A stretch of 64,000 nucleotides of DNA. It comes from an uncultured Gemmatimonadales bacterium (GTDB taxonomy: Bacteria; Gemmatimonadota; Gemmatimonadetes; Gemmatimonadales; Gemmatimonadaceae). Made by a program: the position numbers and the translations under genes. Positions 50,252 through 64,000 of the stretch are shown here, in pieces. Numbering within the stretch: position 1 is the first letter of the stretch; every line of letters starts with the position of its first letter. The notes beneath the pieces are model-generated. The model did not search any database, had not been told where the DNA came from, and saw nothing but the letters and a program-made list of their open reading frames with translations. Location: positions 928,001-992,000 of the forward strand of contig CAVPQB010000004.1 of the NCBI GenBank assembly GCA_963707505.1. Reading direction: 5' to 3'.

Positions 50252-50848
50252 GTGACCTCGTTCTCCGAACCGTTCGAGCGCTTCGCTGAGCTGTTCGCGC
50301 GCGCAACCGCCGAGCTTCCACGCGAGTGCTTCCCCGATGTAAACACGATGTCTGTGGCAACGGTCGGCGCAGACGGCCGGCCATCGAATAGAATCGTGCT
50401 CCTCAAGGCCTTTGATGAGCGCGGTTTCGTCTTCTACACCAACTACGAAGGACGCAAGGGAAGCGAGCTGCTCGCCAACCCTTACTGTGCGCTGTGCTTC
50501 CACTGGCCGCCGATGGAGATTCAGATACGCATCGAGGGGCGCGCCGAGCGGACGAGTGACGCGGAAGCAGATGCGTACTTTGCGTCACGTGCACGCGCCA
50601 GCCAGCTCGGAGCGTGGGCTTCGGATCAGAGTCGTCCGATGACACAGCCGGGAGATCTGGAGCGCCGGGTCGCGGAGGTGGCCGCGCGCTTCGAGGGAGT
50701 GAGCGTGCCGCGGCCGCCGCACTGGTCCGGCTTTCGCGTCGTACCGGACAGAATCGAGTTCTGGCGCAACCGCGCGAGCCGATTGCATGACCGCGCCGTG
50801 TACCAGCGAGACGGGGACGGATGGCGCGTCACGGCACTCTACCCTTGA
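50252..50848 (+). CDS. pdxH: Pyridoxine/pyridoxamine 5'-phosphate oxidase
   Basis: RIVLLK, FYTNYEGRKG, QIRIEG, SQLGAWASDQS, PPHWSG, EFW...RLHDR, LYP. Confidence 0.95.
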   Translation: MTSFSEPFERFAELFARATAELPRECFPDVNTMSVATVGADGRPSNRIVLLKAFDERGFVFYTNYEGRKGSELLANPYCALCFHWPPMEIQIRIEGRAERTSDAEADAYFASRARASQLGAWASDQSRPMTQPGDLERRVAEVAARFEGVSVPRPPHWSGFRVVPDRIEFWRNRASRLHDRAVYQRDGDGWRVTALYP

Positions 50849-50861
50849 TTAAAATCAGAAC

Positions 50862-52811
50862 ATGACCACGACATCCCACCCCGAACCATTCGCGCAAATC
50901 GGCTCCGAGCCGTGGACCATCGACGAGTCGCGCGCACTCTACAACATCGAAGGGTGGGGGAATGGCTATTTCGAGATCAACTCGAAGGGCCACGTAGTCG
51001 TGCGCCCCGACAAGGACGAGCGCGGTCGTGAGCTCGATCTCTTCGAGCTCGCGATGGACCTCGACGCGCAGGGTGTCGGAATGCCACTCCTGATTCGCTT
51101 CTCCGACATCCTTCGCTCCCGCATCGAAGACCTGCACGAACGGTTCGTACACGCGATGAAGGAATTCGACTACAGCGGCGGTTATACCACGATCTATCCG
51201 ATCAAGGTGAATCAGCAGCGCCACGTCGTCGAGGAGATTGTCGAGTTCGGGCAGCCTTTCGGAGTCGGTCTCGAGTGCGGCAGCAAGCCGGAGTTGCAGG
51301 CAGTGCTCGGTCTTGCCGAGACGACGGGGCACACTATCGTGTGCAACGGCTACAAGGACGAGGAGTTCATGCGCCTCGCCCTCATGGGCCAGAAGCTCGG
51401 CCATGAAGTCTTCATCGTGATGGAGCAGGTGAGCGAGGTGGACGTTCTGCTGCAGGTCGCCGCCGACCTCGACGTGCGACCGAACATCGGCATCCGCATC
51501 AAGCTCTTTGCAGAAGGCGCGGGACGCTGGGCTGAGAGTGGCGGCGAGAAGTCCAAGTTCGGACTCAGCCCGTCGCAGCTCGTCCGCGTCATCGACAAGC
51601 TGACTGACGCTGGCTATCTCGACTGCGTCCATCTCCTGCACTTCCACCTCGGCTCCCAGATCACCGACATCAGATATATCAAGGCCGGCTTGCAGGAGAT
51701 CGCGCGCTATTACTCCGAGCTGCGCAAGATGGGCGTCGACGTAACGCACGTCGATGTTGGCGGTGGATTGGGTGTCGACTACGACGGAACGCGTTCCACT
51801 GCGCACGCCAGCGTCAACTACACGTTGCAGGAATACGCCAACGACATCGTCTACACGCTGGCTGAGGCGTGTCGCGAGGAAGACTTGCCGATGCCGCACA
51901 TCATCAGCGAGTCGGGCCGCGCGCTCACGGCGCATCACGCGTTGCTGCTTCTCAGTGTGATCGACGTCGAATCCGTCACCGAAGTCGTTGCGCCTCAGCT
52001 GGATGAGAATGATCACGCGTTGTTGCACGAGATGGCGACCGATCTGGAAACCGTCAACACGCGTCGCCTCCGTGAGGTGTTTCACGACGCGACGTTCGAC
52101 AAGGAGCGCGCCCAGCAGCTGTTCGCGAGTGGCGTGCTGTCGCTTCGCGGCCGCGCGCGGGCGGAGCAGCTGCATCTGGCGTTGATCAACTCCGTGGCGC
52201 GTGAGGCGCGCAAGGATCGCGAGGAGTACTCCGAGATCATCGAGGATCTCGAAGCGACGCTGGTCGATCGCTACTTCTGCAATTTTTCGTTGTTCCAGTC
52301 GCTGCCCGACAGCTGGGCCATCGATCAGCTATTCCCGATCATGCCCGTGCACCGCCTGGATGAGGAGCCGATTCGTCGCGGCACCATTCAGGACGTGTCG
52401 TGCGACAGCGATGGAAAGATCGACCGTTTCGTCGGCGGTGATCGCAACTCGCCGCGCCAGAGTCTGGAACTGCACCCGTTCCACGACGGCGAGCCGTACA
52501 TCATCGGGATATTCCTCACCGGTGCCTATCAGGAGATCCTGGGCGATCTGCACAATCTGTTCGGAGACACGAACGCCGTGCACATCCGGCTCAAGGAGCG
52601 CGGATACGAGATCACTGATCTCGTGCACGGCGATACGGTTACGGAAGTGCTGGCCTACGTGCAATTCCGCGCTGCTGATCTATTGACGACGTTTCGTCGC
52701 AAGGTAAGCAATGCGAAGAACATCACGCGCGACGAGGCGAACGCATTCATCGCTGACTATCTCGCCGGCCTCGAAGGCTACACTTACCTCGAAGGGGACG
52801 CGGCGCGGTAG
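50862..52811 (+). CDS. speA: Biosynthetic arginine decarboxylase
   Basis: YPIKVNQ, GLECGSKPEL, CNGYKD, HFHLGSQI, ESGRA, SLPDSWAIDQLFP, CDSDG, GAYQEILGDLHNLFG. Confidence 0.97.
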   Translation: MTTTSHPEPFAQIGSEPWTIDESRALYNIEGWGNGYFEINSKGHVVVRPDKDERGRELDLFELAMDLDAQGVGMPLLIRFSDILRSRIEDLHERFVHAMKEFDYSGGYTTIYPIKVNQQRHVVEEIVEFGQPFGVGLECGSKPELQAVLGLAETTGHTIVCNGYKDEEFMRLALMGQKLGHEVFIVMEQVSEVDVLLQVAADLDVRPNIGIRIKLFAEGAGRWAESGGEKSKFGLSPSQLVRVIDKLTDAGYLDCVHLLHFHLGSQITDIRYIKAGLQEIARYYSELRKMGVDVTHVDVGGGLGVDYDGTRSTAHASVNYTLQEYANDIVYTLAEACREEDLPMPHIISESGRALTAHHALLLLSVIDVESVTEVVAPQLDENDHALLHEMATDLETVNTRRLREVFHDATFDKERAQQLFASGVLSLRGRARAEQLHLALINSVAREARKDREEYSEIIEDLEATLVDRYFCNFSLFQSLPDSWAIDQLFPIMPVHRLDEEPIRRGTIQDVSCDSDGKIDRFVGGDRNSPRQSLELHPFHDGEPYIIGIFLTGAYQEILGDLHNLFGDTNAVHIRLKERGYEITDLVHGDTVTEVLAYVQFRAADLLTTFRRKVSNAKNITRDEANAFIADYLAGLEGYTYLEGDAAR

Positions 52812-52813
52812 TC

Positions 52814-53416
52814 CTACGCTTCGAATCTCCGTCCCACCTCGGGCCAGTTCACGACGTTCCACCACGCCTTGACGTAATCGGGGCGCCGGTTCTGGTACTT
52901 GAGATAGTACGCATGCTCCCATACGTCCACGCCGAGTATTGGATGCTTCTTTTCCATCACAGGAGTGTCCTGATTCGGCGTGCTCGTGATGCTCAGCGTG
53001 CCGCCATCCTTTACGAGCCACGCCCAGCCTGAGCCAAAGCGCTTTGCGGCAGCGTCTGCGAACTGCGTCTGGAACGTCGCGAAATCGCCGAACGATTTCT
53101 TGATTGCGTCCGCAAGCTTGCCCGTCGGCTCGCCACCACCTTTTGGCGACATGATCTCCCAGAACATCGAGTGATTCCAGTGGCCGCCGGCGTTGTTGCG
53201 CACCGCTGTCCGAATGGATTCGGGAACCGAATCAAGATGTTGTAGCAGATCGTCGAGTGACCTGGACTGCAGCTCGGGAGCCTTCTCGAGCGCGGCATTG
53301 AGATTGTTCACATATCCGGCATGATGCTTGTCATGATGGATCTCCATCGTGCGTGCATCGATCGACGGCTCCAGTGCAGCAAAGTCGTACGGCAGGGCGG
53401 GGAGCGTAAAAGCCAT
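52814..53416 (-). CDS. sodA: Superoxide dismutase (Mn-type signature)
   Basis: [35 protein letters not shown]. Confidence 0.93.
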   Translation of the reverse strand: MAFTLPALPYDFAALEPSIDARTMEIHHDKHHAGYVNNLNAALEKAPELQSRSLDDLLQHLDSVPESIRTAVRNNAGGHWNHSMFWEIMSPKGGGEPTGKLADAIKKSFGDFATFQTQFADAAAKRFGSGWAWLVKDGGTLSITSTPNQDTPVMEKKHPILGVDVWEHAYYLKYQNRRPDYVKAWWNVVNWPEVGRRFEA

Positions 53417-53420
53417 GACT

Positions 53421-54053
53421 TCAGGTCTCCAGTTTGGTTTTGTAGCGAGCTTTGTACCGGGCGATGATCGCCGGCAGTATGGACAGAAACACGATAACCA
53501 GAATGATCAGCTCAATGTGCTTTGCGACACCGGGAAATGTCCGACCGAGCGAGTAGCCGAGGAGCAGCATAGACCATACCCAGGCCACTCCGCCCACGAC
53601 GTTGTAGGCGAGGAATCGCGAGTACTGCATCTCACCCATGCCCGCGACTACTGGTGCGAAGGTACGGATGATCGGCATGAATCGCGCAATAAGAATCGTC
53701 TTCCCGCCGTGCCGCTCGTAGAACTCATGTGCCTTCACGAGATGTTTACGGTTGAATAGAAGAGAGTCTTCGCGCGTAAACAGATGAGGACCACTGGCCT
53801 TTCCGATTGCGTAGCCAACGGTGTCACCAACCACTGCCGCAACACTGAGAACGAGACCCAGGAGCCAAACGTCGATGTATCCCTGCGAGCCCAATAGTCC
53901 GGCCGAAACGAGCAGTGAATCACCGGGCAGAAAGAACCCGATCAACAGCCCCGTTTCCGCGAAAATTATTGCGGCCATGCCGGTGTACCCGGCCGCCTGC
54001 ACCAGCCCTGAAACGTCGCGCAGCCGGTTGAAGAGCTCCGATAAACCGTGCAT
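53421..54053 (-). CDS. DedA/VTT family membrane protein
   Basis: [30 protein letters not shown]. Confidence 0.93.
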   Translation of the reverse strand: MHGLSELFNRLRDVSGLVQAAGYTGMAAIIFAETGLLIGFFLPGDSLLVSAGLLGSQGYIDVWLLGLVLSVAAVVGDTVGYAIGKASGPHLFTREDSLLFNRKHLVKAHEFYERHGGKTILIARFMPIIRTFAPVVAGMGEMQYSRFLAYNVVGGVAWVWSMLLLGYSLGRTFPGVAKHIELIILVIVFLSILPAIIARYKARYKTKLET

Positions 54054-55142
54054 TCTGTGGGGATGAGTGTTGATGGGGTGGTCGTCCGCCGGACTGGCCG
54101 GACTGGCCGGACTGGCTGGGCAGGCCGCGCTACGCTACCCGCCCGGGCCGGCTTATCCAAGCGAGCCGAACAAGCGTTCGAAAAGGCTTCGAGCGCGTTT
54201 GTCATTCTGCTCGGATGCGCCTGGGCTTTTTCGATAGCTTCGGCACGGGCGACAGGGGACAAAGTTAACATCGTGACCCCTGCCTCAGCCGCGGTCGTCA
54301 ACGGATTGAGCGACGCGGATGCGCCAACCGCGGCTTATGTGACCGACGCCGTCAACAGGAAAGTGGTCGCGACCATCGAGGGTGATGCAGCGGGTGAGAG
54401 TGGCAAGCTGCGCGCGGAAATTCGCAGCGCGAGCGAGCAACCCGGCATCGTGAAGGCTGCGATTGCGGCCGGCGGTGCGCTTCGGCGGGTTGCCGATTTC
54501 AACCTCATCACGCCTCGCCCCGCCAGCGACGTGCATCGGGGGCGTCTCGGGCTGTACTACATTGGGAACTGGCCGCGTGCGAGCAGCGCCAAGGGTGGCC
54601 GCGTCGCGTATCGTCCGCCAAGCGGCTTCATCGAAGTTACGCGGGCAAATGAGGATACCAGGCTGTCGCAGCACTTCGAGATCAAGGATTTCCTCACGCA
54701 CGATCAGGGCGATGTGTGGCCCAAGTACGTGGTCGTCAGCATGAAGCTGGTGGACAAGCTCGAGCTGGTACTGGATGATCTCCGCGCGCATGGCGTGAAT
54801 CCTGAAGGGGTTCATGTGATGAGCGGATTTCGCACTCCGCAGTACAACCGCGGCGGTGGCGATCCCAGTGGGCGGGCAACACTGAGCCGGCACATGTACG
54901 GTGACGCCGCCGACATCTACATCGACAACAATGGCACCGGCGAGATGAGTGACCTGAATCACGACGGCCGGGTCGACCTTGCTGACGCGCGCGTGATACT
55001 TGCTTCTGTGGATCGCGTTGAGCGTGAGCACCCCTCGCTCGTGGGGGGGTGTGGAGTTTATGTCGGGAATGGGTCGCATGGCCCGTTCGTGCACATCGAT
55101 ACGCGCGGCTACCCGGCGCGATGGACTGGAACAGGAGACTGA
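54048..55142 (+). CDS. Peptidase M15 family (D-Ala-D-Ala carboxypeptidase/YcbK-like) metallohydrolase; true start probably further downstream
   Basis: MSGFRTPQYN, SRHMYGDAADI, FVHIDTRG. Confidence 0.82.
   Translation: MHSVGMSVDGVVVRRTGRTGRTGWAGRATLPARAGLSKRAEQAFEKASSAFVILLGCAWAFSIASARATGDKVNIVTPASAAVVNGLSDADAPTAAYVTDAVNRKVVATIEGDAAGESGKLRAEIRSASEQPGIVKAAIAAGGALRRVADFNLITPRPASDVHRGRLGLYYIGNWPRASSAKGGRVAYRPPSGFIEVTRANEDTRLSQHFEIKDFLTHDQGDVWPKYVVVSMKLVDKLELVLDDLRAHGVNPEGVHVMSGFRTPQYNRGGGDPSGRATLSRHMYGDAADIYIDNNGTGEMSDLNHDGRVDLADARVILASVDRVEREHPSLVGGCGVYVGNGSHGPFVHIDTRGYPARWTGTGD
54088..54114. repeat. 9-bp tandem repeat x3
   Basis: (GCCGGACTG)3. Confidence 0.7.
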
Positions 55143-55145
55143 GCA

Positions 55146-55620
55146 ATGGCCGACCTGATAGAGAGAATTGTCCCGCGCGGAGACGCGGTCGAAACGGATA
55201 ATGCTGCTGCGCTGCCGACGGACGAGCAGCGTGGGCGGAGGCCGGTGACCACGCCCAAGGTTCGCGTGCGTGCGGCCGACCTCGAGCCTTACATTGGGCT
55301 CAAGTACCTTTCTCGGCTGTTCAAGCTGATGGCGATCGTCCTGATACTTCTGCTCGTGTCCGAAATCATCACCGGACTCGTTGACGAGCGGTCTCGACGC
55401 CCTCCCGACGCTGTTGGGCGAGGTGAGCCGTCTGGTAGTGTTCGCCGGGCTGCTGTGGGGCAGCGGTGATCTCGCGATTCTGCTGATCGACATGGGCCAC
55501 GATCTTCGTGCCACCCGCATCCTCATCGGGCGGCAGCTCGCTCACACGATGGATGAGCATCCGGCGCACATCGACCCCGGGATGTCGCCTCCGCTTGGCG
55601 AGTACGATGCGCCGGTATGA
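55146..55620 (+). CDS. Hypothetical membrane protein (frameshift near 55383)
   Basis: EPYIGLKYLSRLFK plus TM; continues LLWGSGDLAILLIDMGHDLRATRIL in another frame. Confidence 0.7.
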
Positions 55621-55676
55621 CTGTTGCGCTTGGTGAGCGGTAGTCGGCTTCACACTTTTCCGGACGAGGCTATACA

Positions 55677-55829
55677 ATGCTCTGGACCATTGCTCTGATC
55701 CTGTTTGTGCTATGGCTGCTTGGTTTTCTGGTGTTTCCGATTGCCGGCGGGCTTATCCACATTCTGCTCGTCCTGGCGATCATCGTCGTCCTTTATCGCC
55801 TGATTACCGGACGGCGTCCTGTGGTGTAG
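55677..55829 (+). CDS. lmo0937/DUF5670-type small membrane protein (50 aa)
   Basis: Below the ORF-track cutoff: MLWTIALILFVLWLLGFLVFPIAGGLIHILLVLAIIVVLYRLITGRRPVV; GAGG RBS. Confidence 0.88.
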   Translation: MLWTIALILFVLWLLGFLVFPIAGGLIHILLVLAIIVVLYRLITGRRPVV

Positions 55830-55849
55830 GTCGGTCGCGCCACGCAGCT

Positions 55850-55907
55850 CGAAACGCGAGAACCGCGGTGGCTCGTTCGACCGGGCACGCCGTGGTTCTC
55901 GTTTTCG
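55850..55907 (+). terminator. Hairpin after the small membrane protein
   Basis: CGAGAACCGCGG...CCGTGGTTCTCG followed by TTTT. Confidence 0.55.
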
Positions 55908-55931
55908 GTGTATGACGTAGTACCTTACGCC

Positions 55932-56690
55932 GTGCCGGAAACCATCCTCTCACGCGTAGTCGTCGTACTGTACGAGCCGCAGGATCCGGTGAACATTGGC
56001 GCGACCGTGCGCGCCATGAAGAACATGGGTGCGCCGTGATCTCCGTCTCGTGCGCCCGTGCGAGTACACCGACGTAAGGCTGGCCGGAATCGCGCACGGG
56101 ACCGCCGACATCATCGAGCGAATCCAGCATTTCGATACGCTGGATGAAGCGCTTGCCGATTGCGTTAAGGTCGCGGCCTTCACGGCTCGACGGCGTGCGG
56201 CCAAACGTGTGCTTACCGATGCGCGGGAGGCGGCTCCCTCATGCGGGCGGCGACTCACGAAGGGACGGTCGCGCTTCTGTTCGGGCGGGAAGACAGTGGA
56301 CTTGCCCAATGATGCCATGGATCGCGCCCATCTCGTCGTCACGATCTCGACCACCGAACACAGCTCGCTGAACCTGGCGCAGGCCGTGTTGCTCGCTCTC
56401 TATGAGCTGCATCTGGTCGCGGCCGATGCAACCCGGAATCATCGCTCCGCCCAAGCGCGACGCGCCGGCGGCGCTCGCGGCCGATTACGAGCTGATGTTC
56501 AGCGATGCGGAGAAGGCGCTCGAGGCAGGTTCAGTTCTTCAAGACGCGTCACCACGAGCGCATCATGCGATCGATCAGGTCGCTGGCGTTCCGTGCGTCA
56601 CCGGACACGCGCGAGATCGCGCTGCTTCGCGCGATGTCGATCGAGGTTTTGCGCACCATCGATCGCATCAAGCGCGGCCTTGCATCATAG
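55932..56690 (+). CDS. trmJ: TrmJ/LasT SPOUT tRNA methyltransferase (several frameshifts)
   Basis: VVLYEPQDPVNIGATVRAMKNMG, LDEALADC, SSLNLAQAV distributed over frames. Confidence 0.75.
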
Positions 56691-56724
56691 GCCCGCACGG
56701 GTGATTATTGGACGACATCTTGGC

Positions 56725-56742
56725 TTGTGAAATTCTTCACAA
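56725..56742. promoter_or_regulatory. Rex operator (NADH/NAD+ sensing repressor site)
   Basis: TTGTGAA-attc-TTCACAA, an exact match to the Rex consensus TTGTGAA-N4-TTCACAA. Confidence 0.8.
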
Positions 56743-56781
56743 AGCCGATCGATTAACTCGCCTTTACTCGATAATTCGCGG

Positions 56782-57318
56782 ATGAACTTGCGAAGCAAAT
56801 GGCTAGCAGTGCCGGGATTCGTATGCATCGCGGCACTCGCCACCATGCTCTCGGCATATAGCGGCGCCTCTTCGTCGAGGGAAACAGCCCGGTGCAACCG
56901 GTCGCGTTTCGCCACACGCTCCACGTGGAGACGCTGAAGATGAACTGCCTCTACTGTCACTTCTCCGCCAACAAGTCGTTCGATCCCGGGACTGCCCGCG
57001 GTCGGAACGTGCATGGGCTGTCACACCGTCGTCGCCGACGGCAATAAGGCGGAGATCAAGAAGCTGGCGGCGTTCTGGAACAAGAAGCAGCCAGTCCCGT
57101 GGATCCGCATCCACAAGCTTCCCGAGTACGTCCACTTCCCGCACATGCGTCACGTGAACGCGGGCGTCACCTGCCAGACCTGTCACGGACAGATCCAGAA
57201 CATGAAGCAGGTTTACCAGGCTTCGTCGCTCAACATGGGCTGGTGCATCAACTGTCACATCGGTCAGTCGAATCCGCCTTTCCGCGCGAGATACGACTGC
57301 AGCTCGTGCCACTACTAG
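56782..57318 (+). CDS. actA: Alternative complex III pentaheme cytochrome c subunit (frameshifted)
   Basis: CLYCH, CMGCH, CQTCH, CINCH and CSSCH across frames; LPEYVHFPHMRHV. Confidence 0.85.
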
Positions 57319-57324
57319 ACCCGA

Positions 57325-60421
<3,097 letters not shown>

Positions 60422-60429
60422 AGTCCGCG

Positions 60430-61907
60430 ATGGCAACGCTCACGCAAGCCGGTACCAGCGCGACGACGAGCCGCGCCGCCCGAACATCGCCGACCGCCGA
60501 CGTACAGCTTCCCGCGGTCAAGGATTACGAGCAGGTCGATCGACGAGATAGTCGGCGACGCTTCACCCCACCGTCGCGTGGTTCATCGGGCTCGGCGTGG
60601 CGATTTTCTTCCTGCTCATCGGCGCGCTGCGCGTGGATGTACCAGATCTACACCGGACTCGGCGTCGCCGGATACAACCCGCCGGTCATGTGGGGCGTGT
60701 ACATCGTCACCTTCGTGTTCTGGGTCGGTATCGGACACGCGGGAACGCTCATCTCGGCGATTCTTTATCTGTTCCGCGCCGGATTCCGAACGACGATCTA
60801 TCGGTGCGCCGAAGCGATGACGGTGTTCGCCGTCATGACCGCCGGACTGTTCCCGATTCTGCACCTCGGCCGCCCATGGAAGTTCTTCTGGCTGATTCCG
60901 TATCCGAACTGGCGCTACATCTGGCCGCAGTTCAAGAGTCCGCTGGTGTGGGACGTGTTCGCGATCCTCACGTACCTCACGGTTTCGCGCGACATTCCTT
61001 TACATCGGACTCGATTCCCGACATTCGCGGTTCTGCGCGACCGCGAGAAAAGAGTCCGATCAGCAAGCGCATCTTCGCGCAGCTCTCGCTTCGGCTGGCG
61101 TAACACCGATCGCGAGTGGCGCCACTTCGTTCGCGCGTATCTCTTCCTCGCTGCGTTCTCGACACCGCTCGTGCTGTCGGTTCACTCGGTGGTGTCGTTC
61201 GACTTCGCCATGTCGCTGACGTGCCGGGTTGGCACACAACGATGTTCCCGCCGTACTTCGTCGCTGGCGCGATCTTCTCGGGCATCGGAATGGTCTTCAC
61301 GATCATCATCCCGCTGCGCAAGTGGTTCGGGCTCAAGCATTACGTGACGATCAACGATCTCGACGCGGCGGCAAAGCTCGCGCTGTTCACGTCGCTCGTT
61401 GTCGGCGTGCGCGTACCATGACGAGTGGTTTGTCGCGTGGTACAGCGGAAGTCCCGCCGAGAAGCAGTTCTTCGCGAATCGCATCTGGGGCCAGTGGTGG
61501 TGGGCGTCGGCATTGCTGTACACCTGCAACATGTGCTGCCGCTGTCGCTCTTCTCGCAGAGGTGCGCCGAAACACGACCTGGCTCTTCATTCTGTCGATC
61601 TTCATCAACATCGGCATGTGGTTCGAGCGCTTCGTGATCGTGGTGCCATCGCTGTCGCACGAGTTCGAGCCGTGGCAGTGGGCCGGCTACCGCCCGACAT
61701 GGGTCGACTACGCAATTCTGTGCGGATCGTTCGGCTGGTTCTCGATGTGGTTCCTGCTCTTCATCAAGCAGTTCCCGGTGATCGCGATCTGACGGAGATC
61801 AAGGAGATCGTGAAGCCGCGATTGAAATTCCGGCATCCGCAGGGCGTGGATTCGTACGGCTCATCACGTTGCCATTCGATGCCGACACACCAGGAGAGTT
61901 CGACTGA
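60430..61907 (+). CDS. actC: Alternative complex III ActC, NrfD/PsrC family (frameshifted)
   Basis: FVFWVGIGHAGTLISAIL, HLGRPW, SPLVWDVFAI, VLSVHSVVSFDFA, GMWFERFVI. Confidence 0.88.
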
Positions 61908-62409
61908 TGCGCGGCGTAATCGGGCTGTTTCGCGAGCTCGATACCACGTGTCGACGCGATAGCGATCCTCAAGAAGAAGAAGGTCGGCGAATTCACGGTC
62001 TATTCTCCGACACCGCGTCACGAGATCGAGCATGCGATCGACACGGGACCGAGCGCGGTGCGCGTCTTCACGCTCATCGGCGGGTTGTGCGGTGTGACGT
62101 TCGGTTACTGGATCGCGATCTGGATCTCGGATTACTGGCCGCTCGTCGTCGGTGGCAAGGCGATCGCGACGTGGGTTCCGTACACGGTGTTCGGCTTCGA
62201 GGTCATGGTGCTCATCGGAGCGCTATCCACCGTGGCCGGTCTGTTCGCGACCGCGAGATTTCCGCGTATCACGCACGACGGTCGGATACGATTCACGATT
62301 CAGCTACGGTGATTACGGCGTCTGGGTCGAGCCGTCGCCAGACAAGATGCAGGAGGCAGAGCAGTTGCTACGTGATGCTGGTGCAGTGGAGGTGCGCGTT
62401 GAACGCTAG
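61907..62409 (+). CDS. actD: Alternative complex III ActD, DUF3341-like (frameshifted)
   Basis: FTLIGGLCG, DYWPLVVGGK, FEVMVLIGA, YDSRFS, GAVEVR. Confidence 0.8.
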
Positions 62410-63198
62410 AGCCATTCGCGCGTTGCTTGCAATCGCGCCTCTTACTCTCAGTCTCTCGGCGTGCGAGTGGTTCAGCGACTTCCGTCGCCAGCCGTCGTTG
62501 CACCGTGGCAGCCGATTCACTGTGACGCGCGTCGCGACGTGTGCGACGAGACAATTCCGTCGCGCGGCAATCCGCAGAATTCCGTGTCGATTTACGGAAC
62601 CGAGCGCGCCGGATTCGAGACTTCGTACGCCGCGCTACCGGGCACGATCGACTCGATGTCGAATCTCGTCAATCCGACGCCGGTTACTGCTGCGTCGCTC
62701 GCCAACGGACACAAGTACTTCGAGGTCAACTGCGAGGTCTGTCACGGCGAGAAGGGACTGGGTGACGGTCCGGCTACCAAGTATGGAATGATCGGCATCA
62801 ACCTCACGATGGACATCACCAAGAACCGCAGCGACGGTTACATCTTCGGAATGATCCGGAACGGACGCGGCGCGATGCCGTCGTACAACCGGATCGAGGA
62901 GATGGATCGCTGGGACGTCGTCAATTACATTCGCGCGCTACAGGGCAAGGTCGACGTGAAGGTTGCGACTGGGCCGCTTGCGGAACCTGGAGTCACGGGA
63001 CGCTGGGTGCCGGGATACACCAAGACTGCGCCCGATCGTCCTGCGCCGTTCGTTCCGCCGTATGAAGGAAGCGCCAAGGCGTGGTATCACGCTGGCGAAG
63101 CTCCGCCCGCGCTCGACATGAGGTCGCCGCGGGTTGGCCCACCACCGCTTGATTCCAACGTGTACAAGACAGGTATTCCGCAGGGGGTGAAGCGATGA
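62399..63198 (+). CDS. actE: Alternative complex III ActE monoheme cytochrome c lipoprotein (frameshifted)
   Basis: Lipobox LSAC; CEVCHG; DGYIF..I.NGRGAMPSY; DRWDVVNYIRALQ. Confidence 0.82.
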
Positions 63199-64000
63199 GC
63201 GATCATGGACCGCACATCTTCACGCGGGAAGAGGTAATCGCCGGCAGTCAGACTCCGGTCGCGAGCTGGGTCAAGATGTCGTGCGCGATTCTGGCAATCA
63301 TCGGAACCGTGACGTTCATCTTCGGTGCGTTCGTCGGTGCCGATCGTGCGTGGCAGGCATTGCACTTCAACTGGTTGTTCTTCAGCACGGTATCGTCCGC
63401 GGGTGTGACGGTGGTCGCCGTGCAGCGTATCACCACTGCGCGCTGGTCGCGACCCGTGGTGCGGTTCATGGAAGGCTACGTCGCCTTCCTGCCGGTCGCG
63501 TTCGTGATTCTCTGCCTTTCGCTGACCATCGGACGTGATCACATCTTCCCCTGGGCAACGCATCCTCTGATGATCGAGGAGAAGCGCCAGTATCTCAACG
63601 TTCCGTTCTTCGTCACGCGCGATCTGGTGATGTTCGCAATTCAGACGATTCTGAGCGTGTGGTACATCTACACCTCCGTGCGGCTCGACGTCGGCGTCGT
63701 GCCGGAGAGTGGCGCATCATGGGCGCGCGGAATCCGCGAGCGTATGCGGAATGGCTTTGGTGAGGAGCGCCGGGAGCTTCACTCGACGCATTCGCTTCAG
63801 GGCAAGCTCGCGGTTGCATGGTCTTCGCATTCGCGCTGTTCTGGATCATCATGTCGTGGGATCTCTCGATGTCGCTCGATCCGCACTTCCAGAGCACGAT
63901 GTACGGTTACTGGTTCTTCATGGGTGCGTGGGTCGCGGCGATCGCAGCTGGACGCTCATCACGATGGCGTGGCGGAGTCACCTGCGCCGCCAGGACATGA
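63195..64000 (+). CDS. actF: Alternative complex III ActF membrane subunit (partial, frameshifted)
   Basis: TARWSRPVVR, IFPW, YLNVPFF..R, WDLSMSLDPHFQSTMYG. Confidence 0.78.
   Translation, partial: MSDHGPHIFTREEVIAGSQTPVASWVKMSCAILAIIGTVTFIFGAFVGADRAWQALHFNWLFFSTVSSAGVTVVAVQRITTARWSRPVVRFMEGYVAFLPVAFVILCLSLTIGRDHIFPWATHPLMIEEKRQYLNVPFFVTRDLVMFAIQTILSVWYIYTSVRLDVGVVPESGASWARGIRERMRNGFGEERRELHSTHSLQGKLAVAWSSHSRCSGSSCRGISRCRSIRTSRARCTVTGSSWVRGSRRSQLDAHHDGVAESPAPPGH

Overview
A GC-rich (roughly 60-65% by eye) bacterial chromosomal segment. Gene content and style suggest Gemmatimonadota, but this is inference. There is no integrase, transposase, CRISPR array or rRNA. In order: a partial SGNH/DltD-like gene, tRNA-Pro(GGG), then an accessory block (TonB-dependent receptor, YncE-like propeller, GNAT remnant, YbhB/PEBP, PAS hybrid kinase, CHY zinc finger, TetR plus DHA2 MFS pump, DUF2911 protein, OmpR-type two-component system). 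Next is a translationally coupled heme operon hemA-C-D-B-E-H-Y-L, then ggt, plsC, an attenuator-controlled aminotransferase/omega-amidase pair, an SDR, a PAS-GGDEF-EAL protein, a VOC protein, a BNR/VPS10 protein and panE. Then VanZ, LysM, XRE and SLT genes, DinB, an amidohydrolase, ABC transporters, an MBL-rhodanese, pdxH, speA, sodA, dedA, an M15 peptidase and trmJ. The window ends in an alternative complex III operon (actABCDEF) preceded by a perfect Rex box. The most striking observation is that three heme enzymes are cleanly domain-trimmed while the operon stays tightly coupled: HemC has no domain 3 or cofactor cysteine, HemA has lost most of its dimerisation domain, and HemY lacks about 100 internal residues. 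Also notable are a leader-peptide attenuator, a shared Pho-box-geometry promoter on two genes, a shared ECF-type promoter on two small secreted proteins, and a REP/dRS3-like repeat family. Single-base frameshifts occur from about 28 kb and become dense after about 55 kb; these are most likely assembly errors.
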